From assembly GCF_009914755.1 (NCBI RefSeq), contig NC_060932.1: 64,000 nt of DNA; one strand, given 5' to 3'. The notes under the pieces were generated by a model. That model had not been told where the DNA came from, made no database searches, and worked only from the letters and a program-made list of their open reading frames with translations. The DNA is from the human T2T-CHM13v2.0 reference genome, Homo sapiens. The first letter of the stretch is position 1, and each line of letters begins with the position of its first letter. A program made the position numbers and the translations under genes. Positions 13,471 through 31,480 of this stretch are shown here, piece after piece.

Positions 13471-16064
13471 TATTTGGTAATATCTTTAAGGATTCATGAA
13501 AAAAAAGTCTATGAAACAAACAAATTGAGAATCGTCCCATTGTACAGATTTAAAATTATTTTAAGCAAGAGACTTTTCTTTATAGCTAAATATCTAAATA
13601 TCAGAGTATTTTTTGTAGATGCTTATGTAAATTCTGGAACATTGTTTTCAATTTTAATAAAGATATTTATCCAAAGTTCCACACACATCCACATATCCAC
13701 ACACATACATATATATCCTGATATCTATCTTCATTAGCAACATATCTTAATTATACATATATCTTAATTTGATAGATATCTTAAGCTTCTCTGAAGTGAT
13801 AAGTAGATATAGATCTCAATTAGATATACATATTAGAAGATAGAAATACTTGAGCAATTGATCAATAGAGGTTCTGCTTTTTAAATTAAAAAAGTAGTTG
13901 CATAGCTATTTTTAAATGTTAATTATTCTTTCAAAGAAACTGATGAATTTTCCTGTTAAAAAATTGTAAAATGTGTATTTAAATCACCCATATAGTGAGG
14001 CTTAAGTCTCCAGATTTATTACTTTATGAGCTACCAGAATTATAGAAATGTGGCAATTTATTTTGAAGAAAAAGGAGGTTTTTAAAAATGTACTACCACA
14101 TTATTTTAATAGCACACTATACAGACATCAGTACTTACAGGGAAAACCTTAATCCTTTAGTGTAATGTTTAGTGTTAATTATGTCTCTCTCACACACACA
14201 CATGCACACACACACTTTCTTAGAGCTGCTTTATTTTTATCCTCAGAAGACCCTTATGCACAAAGGTGATTGTTTCCACTATAGAAGCTTCCCTTGTGTG
14301 ATTATTTCCCTTTTAGAATCTTAGGCAGTTCAGTTTAGAGAAGTCCCCTCAAAAGCCCCCTTCTTATTTGGCTAGGCCACAACCCGGTGCCTAAGCCTAT
14401 ACTCTCCTTAGTGTATCAGTGCTCTTCAGGACAATTATACAATGAAAAGCTTAGGCTTTTCTTACAAAGGCAGTTTATACTGGAATGTAAATTAATTTAC
14501 AGAATTAATTCTCAGATATTCCTTGTATTAAAAGGACAAGGTATTTCCTGGGCACTCCATAGCTTAAGATACCAATGTGTTTATCATAGTATTTTTATTT
14601 CACTTTTTGCTTAAACAATTGTGGCTCTTAATTTATAGTAGAATAAATTTGATGTGTGTGTTAACTTTCTACTAATTAATAACCTGATAATTTTAGCCCT
14701 ACTTACCCTGTCTATTCTGCTAAACCAAATTACAAAATTTACACTTTACTCCTATGACAAGTTCTTCATTATTTTGCCCCTGTAACTATTCTTGTGTTAA
14801 TCACTATTAGGAAAATGTCCCCTACCTATCACTTCAGAGAAGCTTCTTATTGCGGCTTTGTTTCCCAGGTACCAGGTTATAACGACTTACTTTGGTATTT
14901 GTTATACCAAGTGATTGTGATGTCTGAACTTCCCTGACCTCAGTTTATCATCAGAGGGAAAAAGGACAAAAGCCCTTGAGCGGGCAGTGATATACATACA
15001 GGTTTTAACAATTTATTGTGCACGACAGATGTAAACTAAATATTATTTAGGATATTGGGATATGTGGGGTGTTCTTTGGGGTGTTCTAGAAGAATCATCT
15101 TAAAACTCTCCCAGCACAAAAGTGGTGTGTCTGTTATCAGTGGTGCCATCACAGATCTTTAAGGTTTTAAGGTTTAACAGGAAAGCCACTGGCCTCAGTG
15201 CTCGAAGGACCACTGATCCTTGCTACCACCCTGATATTTAATTAGAGGAGAAAATAAACTTTATCATCCCATTTGTGCCTTTTATTATCTTTTTCCTTAA
15301 AAAAAAAGCACAATGAACCAAAGCTTCTAAAATTCACCTTTTTTTTTCTTTTGGTGGAACAAAGATGTGTTAGTATTAGAGTTGTTTATTTTGTTTAAAT
15401 TAAAGGATTTCTATCTTGAAGTATGTACTTTGTTTTCCTCAGGAGCACAAACCACTCTACAGACAATAACTCACTTAGATCTTTCAAATTCTGCAGAGAG
15501 TTGTAGGTGATAAGTAGTATATGCAATTTACAGGGAGGACAATTGAAATAGAGGTTGCCTCTAATTGCTCAGAATCAGAAACCACAACTATAATGGAATT
15601 CAGAATAGAATCTGGGTCTCTTGACTCCCAATTAGTTCTCTATCCACTAGATCACACTCCCTACTCCTCAGTCCTTGGAAAATAGATGGTAAATTTTACA
15701 TAAGGCTAACTCTGAATTACCTACAGTTTGTAATGAGCGCCTACAGATGCTGGTTTACATTCACATCATTGCCCTGGAGTCGGCGCTACGGCATCTGCCA
15801 GAAACCTGTGGATCAGCTGTCTTGTGCTACTGTGGCAAAGCCAGGAAGAAAGGCAAGCAGGAGGAGAGCAAAGGGAGCAGAAAGAGTTTGGATGTGGGAA
15901 ACACAGAACTTATAAAAATCAGGGGAACATTAATAGTTGTGGAGTTGGATGTCAAGACTATGCCACCATCTATGTTTGTGCAGATGGAGACAAATTGAGA
16001 TGGAATTCCATCCTTATACATCATTTTCCACATACAAACATGGACACTAACTTAAGGGTAAAAC

Positions 16065-16451
<387 letters not shown>

Positions 16452-16850
16452 GCAAATCTAAACCACAAAATAAGCAAGTAACATGAAAAGCTAGAGCTTT
16501 GGCAGTTCTGCAAGAACTTCCATTGCATAGGCAGATTTCATGTAAGCTGTTGAATCTCTAGTATCAATGGTATGGCATGACTGAAAGTACATGGTAGTAA
16601 TTTAAAAGTTTCCAAGTGAGAATGGTGACAAAACAAACACGTTACAAGGCTCAATAGGGAGATTATTCACATAGGTAGTATTTGGACATGGTGTCTTGCA
16701 GCAATAAACTGTAGCGTGTTCACTGTTAGCAGAGTGAACTGTTACTGTCCTGTTTTAGTTATGATTGTCTTTATTTTGATTACTCAGAAATTTCTAATAT
16801 ATCTTCTTGAAGATCAGAGTGGGTTGTGATGTTAAATATAAGAAATTATA

Positions 16851-17154
<304 letters not shown>

Positions 17155-17264
17155 TCAAAATTTATATGGGATAAAACTACTCAACTTTTTTTGTTTCTAT
17201 TATCTGGAGATATTTACATCATTTTTTTCAGAAGATAAACTTAAGGCATGAAATACATGTTCAG

Positions 17265-17574
17265 GGCAGGGCATGGTAGCTCATGCTTGTAATCTCAGCA
17301 CTTCGGGAGGCCGAGGCGGGTAGATCGCTTGAGATCAGGAGTTCAAGACCAGCCTGGCCAACATGGTGAAACCCCATCTCTACTAAAAATACAAAAATTA
17401 GCAGAGAGTGGTGGTGGGTGCCTGTAATCCCAGCTACTTAGGAGGCTGAGGCAAGAGAGTTGCTTGAACCTGGTAGGTGGAGGTTGCATGAGCCAAGATC
17501 GCGCCACTGCTCTCCAGCCCAGGTGTAAGAGGCAGCCTCTGTCTCAAAAGAAAAAAGAGAGAGAGAGAGAGAAA
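17265..17574 (+). mobile_element. Alu (AluSx/Sz-like) with (GA)n tail
   Basis: Full dimer; TSD GAAATACAT(G/A)TTCAG at 17250-17264 and 17575-17589. Confidence 0.95.
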
Positions 17575-17734
17575 GAAATACATATTCAGTGCTGAGATTT
17601 GCTTAAACAAGCAACAATTGTATAAAAGAAGAAAGAATGGAGAGTGTGGTAAATATTGAAAATATAAATGACTATGTGATCTCTCAAAGGAGCTTTTGGT
17701 ACAATTCCTGATGACCAGAATGTATGAATCTCAT

Positions 17735-17800
17735 TAACTACACCTTAGAATGGTGCCTGGTGCATAGTCAGCTCTCAGTAAGCATCTGCCTAAATGAAAG
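17735..17800 (+). mobile_element. L2 3' end fragment
   Basis: CCTTAGAATGGTGCCTGGTGCATAGTCAGCTCTCAGTAAGCATCTGCCTAAATGAA. Confidence 0.6.
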
Positions 17801-18205
17801 ACATAGAAAAGCCAGCTTTCAGTAAGTTCCAGGATGCAAGAGCAGTGAGGGAATGGAGAGAGTCATTATCAAAACATCAGCTAACATGCTTGAAGTAAGG
17901 AGGAAACATGAATTGTCTCAGAGATGTGCAAGCTTCTTCACAGAGTTAAAAACTGAGACAATGGTCTAATATAGGGGAGACAGTGTGGATGACACAGGAG
18001 AGAGAGGGACAGTATATAAGACAAGGCTCCTGAACATAGAGGGGCTAGGACTTCCAGCAGAAGTAGAGAGTTTGGCTTACATGAGAGGAGGAACATTTTT
18101 TTGTTTTGTTTTGTTTTGTTTATTCAGTAGTGAAGGGAAAACAAGAGATCACAATTCAGGCTAGTCAGTTGTGAGAGTTCCTGTGTGGTAGATGCTATAT
18201 TTTCT

Positions 18206-18512
18206 TTTTTTTTTTTTTTTTTTTGAGACAGAGTTTCACTCTGTCACCCAGACTGGAGTGCAGTGGTGTGATCTCAGCTCTCAGCAACCTCTGCCTCCTG
18301 GGTTCAAGTGATTCTCCTGCCTCAGCCACCCGCCCCCCAGTAGCTGGGATTACAGGCCTGCACCACCATGCCCAGCTAATTTTTGTATTTTTAGTAGAGA
18401 TGGGGTTTCTCCATGCTGGCCAGGCTGGTCTCGAACTCCTGATCTCAAGTGATCCACCTGCCTCGGCCTCCCAGATTTCTGGCATTACAGGCATGAGTCA
18501 TGACACCTGGTC
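18206..18512 (-). mobile_element. Alu (AluSx-like)
   Basis: Reverse dimer with poly-T; TSD A(G/A)ATGCTATATTTTCT at 18190-18205 and 18513-18528. Confidence 0.95.
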
Positions 18513-18604
18513 AAATGCTATATTTTCTAGAAATCGGATGTTTTGTTAAGATTGACTAGAAGTATGAACCATAGGGGTGTAGAGGAAGCATTGACAAGGG
18601 GAGT

Positions 18605-19051
18605 GTCCTAGCAATTGTTGTAGGACAGGTCTTGTGTTCATGAAATCCCTCAGCTTTTTTTTGTCTGGGAAAGTCTTCATCTCTCCTTCATCTTTGAAGG
18701 ATAGTTTCACTGGATATACTATTCTACAATAAAAGTTAACAGTTTTTTTTTTTTCTTTTGACACTTTACATATGACTTGCCACTGTCTCCTGTCCTGTAA
18801 GGGTTCCACTGAGAAGTCCGCTGCCACATGTATTGGAGCTCCATTGTATATTATTTGTTTTATTTCTCTTGTCACTTTTAGAATCCTTTCTTTATCCTTG
18901 GCCTTTGGCAGTTTCATTATTAAATGTCTTCAGATAGACTTACTTAGGATAAATGTGCTTCATGTTCTGTAACCTTCTTGTACTTGGATATTGATATCTT
19001 TCTCTAGGTTTGGGAAATTCTCTGTTATTATTCTTTTGATTAAACTTTCTA

Positions 19052-19096
<45 letters not shown>

Positions 19097-22000
19097 ATCC
19101 TCTTTAAGGCCAAGAACTCTTAGATTTTCCCTTTTGAAGCTATCTTCCAGATCTTGCATGCATGCATTATTCTCATTTATTCTTTCTTTTGTCTTCTCTG
19201 TCTGTGTATTTTCACATAGCCTCTCTTCAAATTCACTAATTCTTCTGCTTGATCAATGCTGCTATTACAAGACTCTTATGCACCCTGCAGTGAGTCAATT
19301 GCATTTTTTTAACTCAGAGTTTCTGTTTGATTCTTTTAAATTATTTCAATCTTTGTTAAATTTATCTCATAGGATTCAGAATTCCTTCTCTGTGTCATCA
19401 TGAATTTTGTTGAGTTTCCTCAAAACAACTATTTTGAATTTTCTGTCTGTAAGGTCACATATCTCTCTCTCCATAATGTTTCACTGGTGCCTTATTTAGT
19501 TCATTTGGTGAATGCATGTTTTACTGGATTGTCTTGATGCTTATGGATGTTTATCATTATCGAGGCATTGAAGAGTTAGGCATTTATGGTAGTATTTGCA
19601 GTCTGTGCCCATTCTTCTTGGGAAGGCTCTCCAGGTATCCAAAGGGACCTGGGTGTTTTTATCTAAGTTTTTGGTTACTGCAGGCATATCTGCATTAGGA
19701 GGAACCCCACGCCCAGTAACTCGAAGGATCTTGATGACTCCTAGAAGTACTGCCTTTGTGGTCTTGGATAAAACCTGGAAGAATTCACTGGATTATCAGG
19801 CAGAGACTCTTGTTCCTTCCCATTACTTTCTCCCAAATAAACAGAGTCTTTCTGTCTGAACTGAGCTTCTAGGGCTGGGAAAGGCGGTGACACCATCATG
19901 GGGACTGCACCAAGTTAGGCCCAAAGCCAGCACAACACTGGGTCTCACCCAAGGTCCACGATAACCACTGCCTGGCTATTGCCTATGTTAACTCAAGTTT
20001 CTAGAGTTCTAGAATCTGCTGGTGGTGAAACCATCCAGGCTTTTCTCTCAACCTTCAGGGCTTCAAGTGTCCCCTGATCACAGTTAGGTCCAGAGATGCT
20101 GTCTGGCAGCCAGTCCCTGGAGTCACAAACCTTAGGTATCAACCTGGTGCTCTTTTTTTATTGTGGTTCAGCTGACACCAAGGCAACAAGAAAACATCTT
20201 TCCCACTTTTCCCTTCACTTTCCACATGCAGAGGTTTTGCTCCCCATGGTCACCACCACCCAAGCCTGTGGTGAGTAATGTCTGGTTACCACCAATATTT
20301 ATTCAAGCCCCAAGGGCTTTTCAGTCAGCTGGTGGTAAATGCTTCCAGGCCTGGAACTCTCTTTTCAGAGCAGTGGACTCCTCTTTGACTCAGGGCAAGT
20401 CAAGAAATGCTCTCTAAGAGCCAAGACCTGGAATTGGGAACCTCAAGAGCCCATTTGGTGTTTGATATGGTTTGGCTGTGTCCCCACCCAAATCTCATTT
20501 TGAATTGTACTTTCCATAATCCCCACATGTTGTGGGAGGGACCTGGTGGGAAGTAATTGAATCATCGGGGTGGTTTCCTCCATGCCATTCTCATGATAGT
20601 GAGTAAGTTCTCACAAGATCTGAGGGTTTTATAAGAGGCTTTTCCCTTTGAACTTGGATCTCATTCTTCTCCGTCCTGCCGCCCTGTGAAGAAGGATTTG
20701 TTTGCTTCCCCTTCTGCCATGGTTATAAGTTTCCTGAGGCTTCCTCAGCCCTGCAGAACTGTAAGTGAATTTAACCTCTTTCCTTTGTAAATTACCCAAT
20801 CTTGAGTATGTCCTTATAGCCGCGTGGGAACAGACTAATACAGTAAATTCGTACCGCAAAAAGTGGGGTGCTGCTGTAAAGATAACCAAAAATGTGGAAG
20901 CAACTTTGGAACTGGGTAACAGGCAGAGGTTGGAACAGTTTGGAGGGCTCAGAAGAAAATAGGAAAATGTGGGAAAGTTGGGAACTTCCTAGAGACTTGG
21001 TGGGCTCAGAAGACAGGAAGATGTGGGAAACTTTGGAACTTCCTAGAGACTTGCGGAATGTTTGACCAAAATGCTGATAGTGATATGGACAATGAAGACC
21101 AGGCTGAGGTGGTCTCAGATGGAGACGAGAAACTTGTTGCGAACTGGAGTAAAAGTCACTCTTGCTCTTCAAAGAGAATGGCAGCATTTTGCCCCTGCCC
21201 TAAATATTTGTGCAACTTTGGACTTGAGAGAGATTATTTAGGGTATCTGGTGGAAGAAATTTCTAAGCAGCAAAACATTCAAGAGGAAGCACGCATAAAA
21301 GTTTGGAAATTTTGCAGCCTGACAATGTGATAGAAAAGAAAAACTCATTTTCTGGGGAGAAATACAAGCCAGCTACAGAAATCTGCATAAGTAACAAGGA
21401 GCCAAACGTTAATAGCCAAGACAATGGGGAAAATGTCTCCAGGGCATGTCGGAGACCTTCATGGCAGCCCCTTTCATTACAGGCCCAGAGGCTTAAAAGG
21501 AAAAAATGGGCCAGATCCAGGGCTCCCCTGCTGTTTAACCTCAGGACTTGGAGCCCTTCATCTCAGCCACTCCAGCCATGGCTGAAAGAGGTCAAGTTAC
21601 AGCTCAGGCCATTGTTTCAGAGGGTGCAAGCCCCAAGCCTTGGCAGCTACCATGCGGTATTGGTCCTGAGGGTGCACAGAAGACAAGAATTGAGGTTTGG
21701 GAACCTCCGCCTAGATTTCAGAGAATGTATGGAAATGCCTCGATGTCAGGCAGAAGTCTGCTGCAGGGGTGAAGCCCTCATGGAGAACCTCTGCTAGGAA
21801 AGTGTGGAAGGGAAATGTGGGGTCAGAGCCCCCACACAAAGTCCTCACTGGGGCACTGCCTGGTGTAGCTGTAAGAAGAAGGCCACTGTCTTCCAGACCC
21901 CAGAATGGTAGATCCACTGACCGCTTGCACCATGTGCCTGGAAAAGTAACAGACACTCAATGCCAGCCCATGAAAGCAGCTGGGAGGGGGACTGTACCTG

Positions 22001-23898
22001 TAAAGCCACAGGGGCAGAGCTGCCCAAGGCCATGGGAGCCCACCTCTTGCAACAGCATGCCCTGGATGTGAGACATGAAGTCAAAGGAGATAAGTTTGTA
22101 ACTTTAAGGTTTAATGACTGTACTGTTTTGGACTCACATGGGGCCCGTAGCCCCTTTGTTTTGACCAATTTATCACATTTAGAATAGGTGTATTTACCCA
22201 ATGCCTGTAACCTCATTGTATCTAGGAAGTAACTAACTTGCTTTTGATTTTCCAGGCTCAAATGCAGAAGGAACTTGCCTTGTCTCCAGTGAGATTTTGG
22301 ACTTTGACTTTTGAGTTAATGCTGGAATAAGAGTTTGGAGAACTTTTGGAAGGGCATGATTGTGTTTTGAAATGCGAGGACATGAGATTTTGGAGGGGCC
22401 AGGGGAGGAATGATATGGTTTTGCTGTGTCTCCACCCAAAGCTCGTCTTGAATTGTAGATCCAATAATACCAACATGTCCTTGGATGGAGCCGGTAGGAG
22501 GTATTTGAATCACTGGGGTGGTTTCCCCCATGCTATTCTCATGATAATGAGTAAGTTTTCATAAGATCTGGTGGTTTTACAAGGGGCTTATGCATTTGCT
22601 TGGCTCTCATTCTTCTCCTTCCTGTCACCATGAAAAGAAGGAAAGGACACGTTTGCTTCTTCCTTCACCATGATTTTAAGTTTCATGGAGCCTCCCCTGC
22701 CCTGCAGAACCATAAGTCAATTAAACCTCTTTCCTTTATATATTACCCAATCTCAGGCATGTCCTTATAGCAGTGTGAGTATGGATTAATACAGTGCTAT
22801 ACCCTACTGTGCCTGAGCTCTTACCTATGCTGTAAGACAAAATACTGTGTACTTTTCCCTGTCCTTTCCTCAATCAGAAGTAGTTTCTTCCCATGGCCAC
22901 CATAGCTGAGAATGTGTTAGGTCACACCGAAAGCAAGCACATCTCTGGGTCTCACCTATGGCCCATGGTGAGCACTGCTTGGGTATCACTGCTGATTATT
23001 CAGGGCCCAAGGACTCTTTAGTCAGCAGGTGATGAATCCTGCTGCAACCGAGTCCTTCCTTTTAAGGAAGAGGGTTTCCTCCCACCCTAGTGTATGTTTG
23101 GAAATGTCACTGGAAGCTAGGGCCTGGAATAGGGGCCTCAGTACTCTGCCTGGTACCGTATCCTACTGTGGCTGAGCTAATACCCAAGTTGGAATACAAA
23201 GTCCTCTTTACTTTTCTCTCTCCTCTCCTCAAGCAGAGGGAAAGAGCCTCTCCTGGAGCTGCAAGCTGAGTTTCCTGCCATTGGGCTAAGGGTGGCACAA
23301 GCACTCCTTTGGCCACCCCTGCTGGCGTCTCACTGGGTTGCATCCCCACCAAGTTCACTGGCTCTGAGCCCAGCACAGTACCAAGACTTGACCAGGAATT
23401 GCAGCCTTTGTGGCTTAAGCCACTTTTCAAAGTTATGTAGGACCACAGAGTACTTTATTAGCCTGTGGTGGTGGAGCTGCAAGAACTCAGGTTCTGACCA
23501 CTGGGATTAACAATTTTCCTCTAGCTAGGGCTGGCATAATTGCTCCCTCTGCAGATGCTGGCTGAGTTCTGCCTGGTGTTACTTTCCACTGTGACAGAGA
23601 AGCACTGAGTTCCAATTCAGAGTCCCATAATCACTGCTCTCTCCGTGCCCTAAGCACATAGATTCTCCATGCGGCAGTGCTGCTGCTGGGTGGTAGTGGT
23701 GTGGGGGTGGTGTGGTTGCCTTTCCTACCCTCTTCAGTGCCTCTTTCAGTGATGTGAGCTAAAACCAGGTACTGTAATTGCTCACCTGATTACTGGTTCT
23801 TATGAAGGTGCTTTTTTATGTGAATAGTTGTCCAATTTGGTGTTCCCATGGAGATGATCATCAGTGGATGTTTCTATTTGGCCACCTTGCTCTGCCTC
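18605..23898 (-). mobile_element. L1MA/PB-age L1 5' UTR plus ORF1, split by THE1D; ORF2 and 3' end absent
   Basis: ORF1p fragment 18546-18917 (KDKERILK...IYNGAPIHVAADFS...RIVYPVKLSFKDEGEMKTFPDKKKLRDF). L1 5' terminus reads GAGGCAGAGCAAGGTGGCCAAATAG on minus at ~23898. Internal (CT)n at ~19055-19094. Confidence 0.85.
20463..22793 (+). mobile_element. Complete THE1D MaLR provirus: 5' LTR 20463-20842, internal 20843-22410, 3' LTR 22411-22793
   Basis: Both LTRs run TGATATGGTTT...TAATACA; polypurine tract GGAGGGGCCAGGGGAGGAA precedes the 3' LTR; 5-bp TSD GTGTT (20458-20462) and GTGCT (22794-22798). Confidence 0.93.
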
Positions 23899-24199
23899 GA
23901 CATTCAAGTGTTCTTCATGAGCCATTCTCATTTTAGAAGCTCACTGATTTCTCTTTTCTTTTAATTAACAAACTATTAATAATTTACACCATACAAGTTA
24001 TTACTTGGCTGTAAATCATTTTTAAACCAGTATCCAATTATTTGAAATTTATGAGTCTCCTTTCTCCAATAAGAATATAAGTTCTTTGATCAATATGGCT
24101 CACTACAGTAAAACCAAGGATAATTTATCTTACTCACCATAATGTTTAATGAAGTATTGTTCCAAAGTTTTTCCAAAGAGAAGTCACTCCTTATACTTA

Positions 24200-24270
24200 G
24201 TGTCTATCCTCAGTGCCTAACACGTGGCTGAGTACATACAAGGTATTCAATAAATGCTTGTTGAACTGAT
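24200..24270 (+). mobile_element. L2 3' end fragment
   Basis: CAGTGCCTAACACGTGGCTGAGTACATACAAGGTATTCAATAAATGCTTGTTGAACTGA. Confidence 0.7.
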
Positions 24271-25431
24271 ATGGGCAACTATTAAATACTTAGTTCATGC
24301 ATATAATTTCATTGCTTATGCTTTCAATGTCTTAAAATGGAGAAGACCTCACCTCACCTGAATTTGTCTGCTGTAAAATATGAACTATGTATGTAAGCTC
24401 TTAAGAGAGAGCTTACATAAATTTAAGAAATATGTGAAAGTTAGATCATGCCCAAGATTTGTTTTTCAAACATAAGAAAATAAAATACATCACTGAAGGT
24501 ATAAGTCTTTTATGAGTCTTTTCTTTCTCATAAAAATAAAAGTAAGATACTTTAGTCACTTTTATTTTAAAACAATATACATTTATATTTGGAAGCTGTT
24601 GCTTTCTGGGCTGTAAAATTTGCTTTATCACTGGACCTGAGAAAGACCTATAATAATAATGTTAAAATATTTTATTTCAAAGCATCATATTTATATACAT
24701 TGAGATACCATTTATGTCATTTTAATTTAGACCTCAAAATATATTTTAATGAATCTGCTGATTTATATGAAGTCTTTATGCACACCAAATACTTAAGAAT
24801 ATTCCTCTATTAGGTGTTCCTGTCTCTAACTCTGCATCTGAAAAGGGGACTTGAATTTTTCTCAAATTCTTATGTGATCATGGCAAATTAAAACAGACAA
24901 CTCTGTTGCTCCATATGTAACTTTCTAGAAACTCTTTCATGAAAAATATTCATTTAGAATAAGTTTCAAGCAATGTTTCAATTTGTTTCAGTTGTAAACA
25001 AGATATTTTCCTGTATCATTATCAAATTAGCCACAATGCTGATACTGTCATCACTGGCTGAATTAGAATGTTTGTAACAATATAGACATTTGAATGTAAA
25101 ACATTTGCAATAATTTTTCTATTTAGGATTCTTTTACTGGACATTTAGGTATTAATTTTAATTGACTTTCCAAATATTACATGCTTACTGGAGAAAAAAG
25201 AAAGTAGGTATTAACAAAGAAAAAAACTCATAAATCAACCATTCAGAGATAAACATATTAATATTTTAATAGATTTTTCCAATATTTTGTGTATATATAC
25301 AGCTATATGTATATATATATACACAAAAATTATATGTATATGTGTGTATATATATATATACTTGCATGCTTTTTTTCTATCTTTTAGGATCATGGTATAT
25401 AGAGAGTTTTAAAAAATTAACATTGCATTGA

Positions 25432-25793
<362 letters not shown>

Positions 25794-25825
25794 TGACTAG
25801 ATAGTTTTCAAAAATATAATGTTTA

Positions 25826-26096
25826 GGCTCATGCCTGTAATTGCATTGGTTTAGGATGATGACGTGGGAGGATGGTTTGAGGACAGGAGTTAGAGACCAG
25901 CCTAGACAACACAGAGAGACCACGTCTCTACAACATACATATATTTGGTCTATGTGGTGGCACGTGTCCCTAATAGCTACCAGGAGGCTGAGACAAGAGG
26001 ATCACTTGAGGCCAGGAGTTGGAGGCTGCAATGAGTTATGCTCGCACAGTTATCCAGCACTCTACGCTGGGTAACAGTGAGACCTTGTCTCTAAAT
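25826..26096 (+). mobile_element. Highly diverged AluJ
   Basis: GGCTCATGCCTGTAA...GAGGATCACTTGAGGCCAGGAGTTGGAGGCTGCAATGAGTTATG (J-type right arm). Confidence 0.85.
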
Positions 26097-26599
26097 ACAT
26101 ATATGTTACAGAGTGAGACCCCATAGGATCGCACTGTATTATAGTCTATATATTTACCCATCTGCTTCATTTATTTTCACCACATATTTTAGATATTATT
26201 TTTTCCCATTTTCCTTTTATGTAATAAACTTTGAACACAAAATTTTGAATACAGCTCTACTTATTCATCACATTACTTATCACAGTAGATTTTAAGTGGA
26301 ATCATAATCTCCTAAGAATCTTGATCAACACTTTCAAAATATATTTTTAAAGGCCGTGAAAATTTATACATCCATCTAGGGCCAATAGTTGTATTTCTGC
26401 TTATATGTGAATATATACAGCCCTTGGAGTTGTGCAGTATACAGCCCACAAGACTGAACTGGTGATTTTACTCTCACCTGTAGAGTATGACTGTACCCAT
26501 CTCACTCCACTAATATTAAATGTAATAAATTTAAAATTATTAATAGTATGAAAGGTTAAAAATAAACATGTTTCTTATAGAGCACTAAAGTTCAATTGC

Positions 26600-27685
<1,086 letters not shown>

Positions 27686-28042
27686 TAATATTTCATTACA
27701 GGATTAAATAAATTTAGATTTTATTTAAAATGTTATTTTATCTTTAGGGTTTTTGTTTGTTTTTGTTGTTTGTTAAGGCTAAGAAGAAAAATATCCAACT
27801 TCAGAGTTTTTTAAAATACTTACTTTTCTTTACTAATTTTTAAAATTATTTATTTAACACTAAGTAAAAATTCAGAAGATTTTATATTGTGCTCATATAG
27901 TTTAGCACTTTTTTTTTTGGTTCACTACCTTATAGTCCTGGCTCACTTTTTATTAAATATTCAAAAATTGTACACACATGATTTTAAAAAGAATAAGGTT
28001 ATCCTCAATATTTAGCAACTTTTTAAAATGTTTAATGAGTTT

Positions 28043-31312
<3,270 letters not shown>

Positions 31313-31361
31313 GAGTTTAACATCTCTTTAAGGACTATCAGTTCTGTTTTGTTGCTTTCTC

Positions 31362-31480
31362 CAGGGCTGGTGTTCAGTAAGCACACATGTCTGGAGTGTG
31401 GTATATTCTACCAGGATACATTCTGAATATTTGGGACAACTGCCACACCACTTGTTAAATATTTTTGACTATCACCCTTG
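31362..31480. mobile_element. Possible small hAT-type MITE remnant
   Basis: Imperfect inverted ends CAGGGCTGGTGTTC and GACTATCACCCTTG; no TSD seen. Confidence 0.35.

Larger units (their letters stand above)
11180..13500 (-). mobile_element. Old L1M ORF2 fragment, interrupted by the SVA2-type element
   Basis: TTTTCTTCTAAAAGCTTTATAGTTTTA...GGATTTTGATTCTGAATGTATT...GGTGAGAGTGGACATTCTTTGCC; L1-like sequence resumes briefly after 13475. Confidence 0.75.

Noticed and set aside
12431-13737. Overlapping long ORFs (349, 209, 213, 146 aa)
   Set aside because: They arise from a stop-poor GC-rich 40-bp VNTR that is open in all three frames; repetitive peptides and no gene structure.
21058-22261. THE1 internal ORFs (up to 164 aa)
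   Set aside because: Fragmented remnants of the MaLR internal ORF; no intact product.
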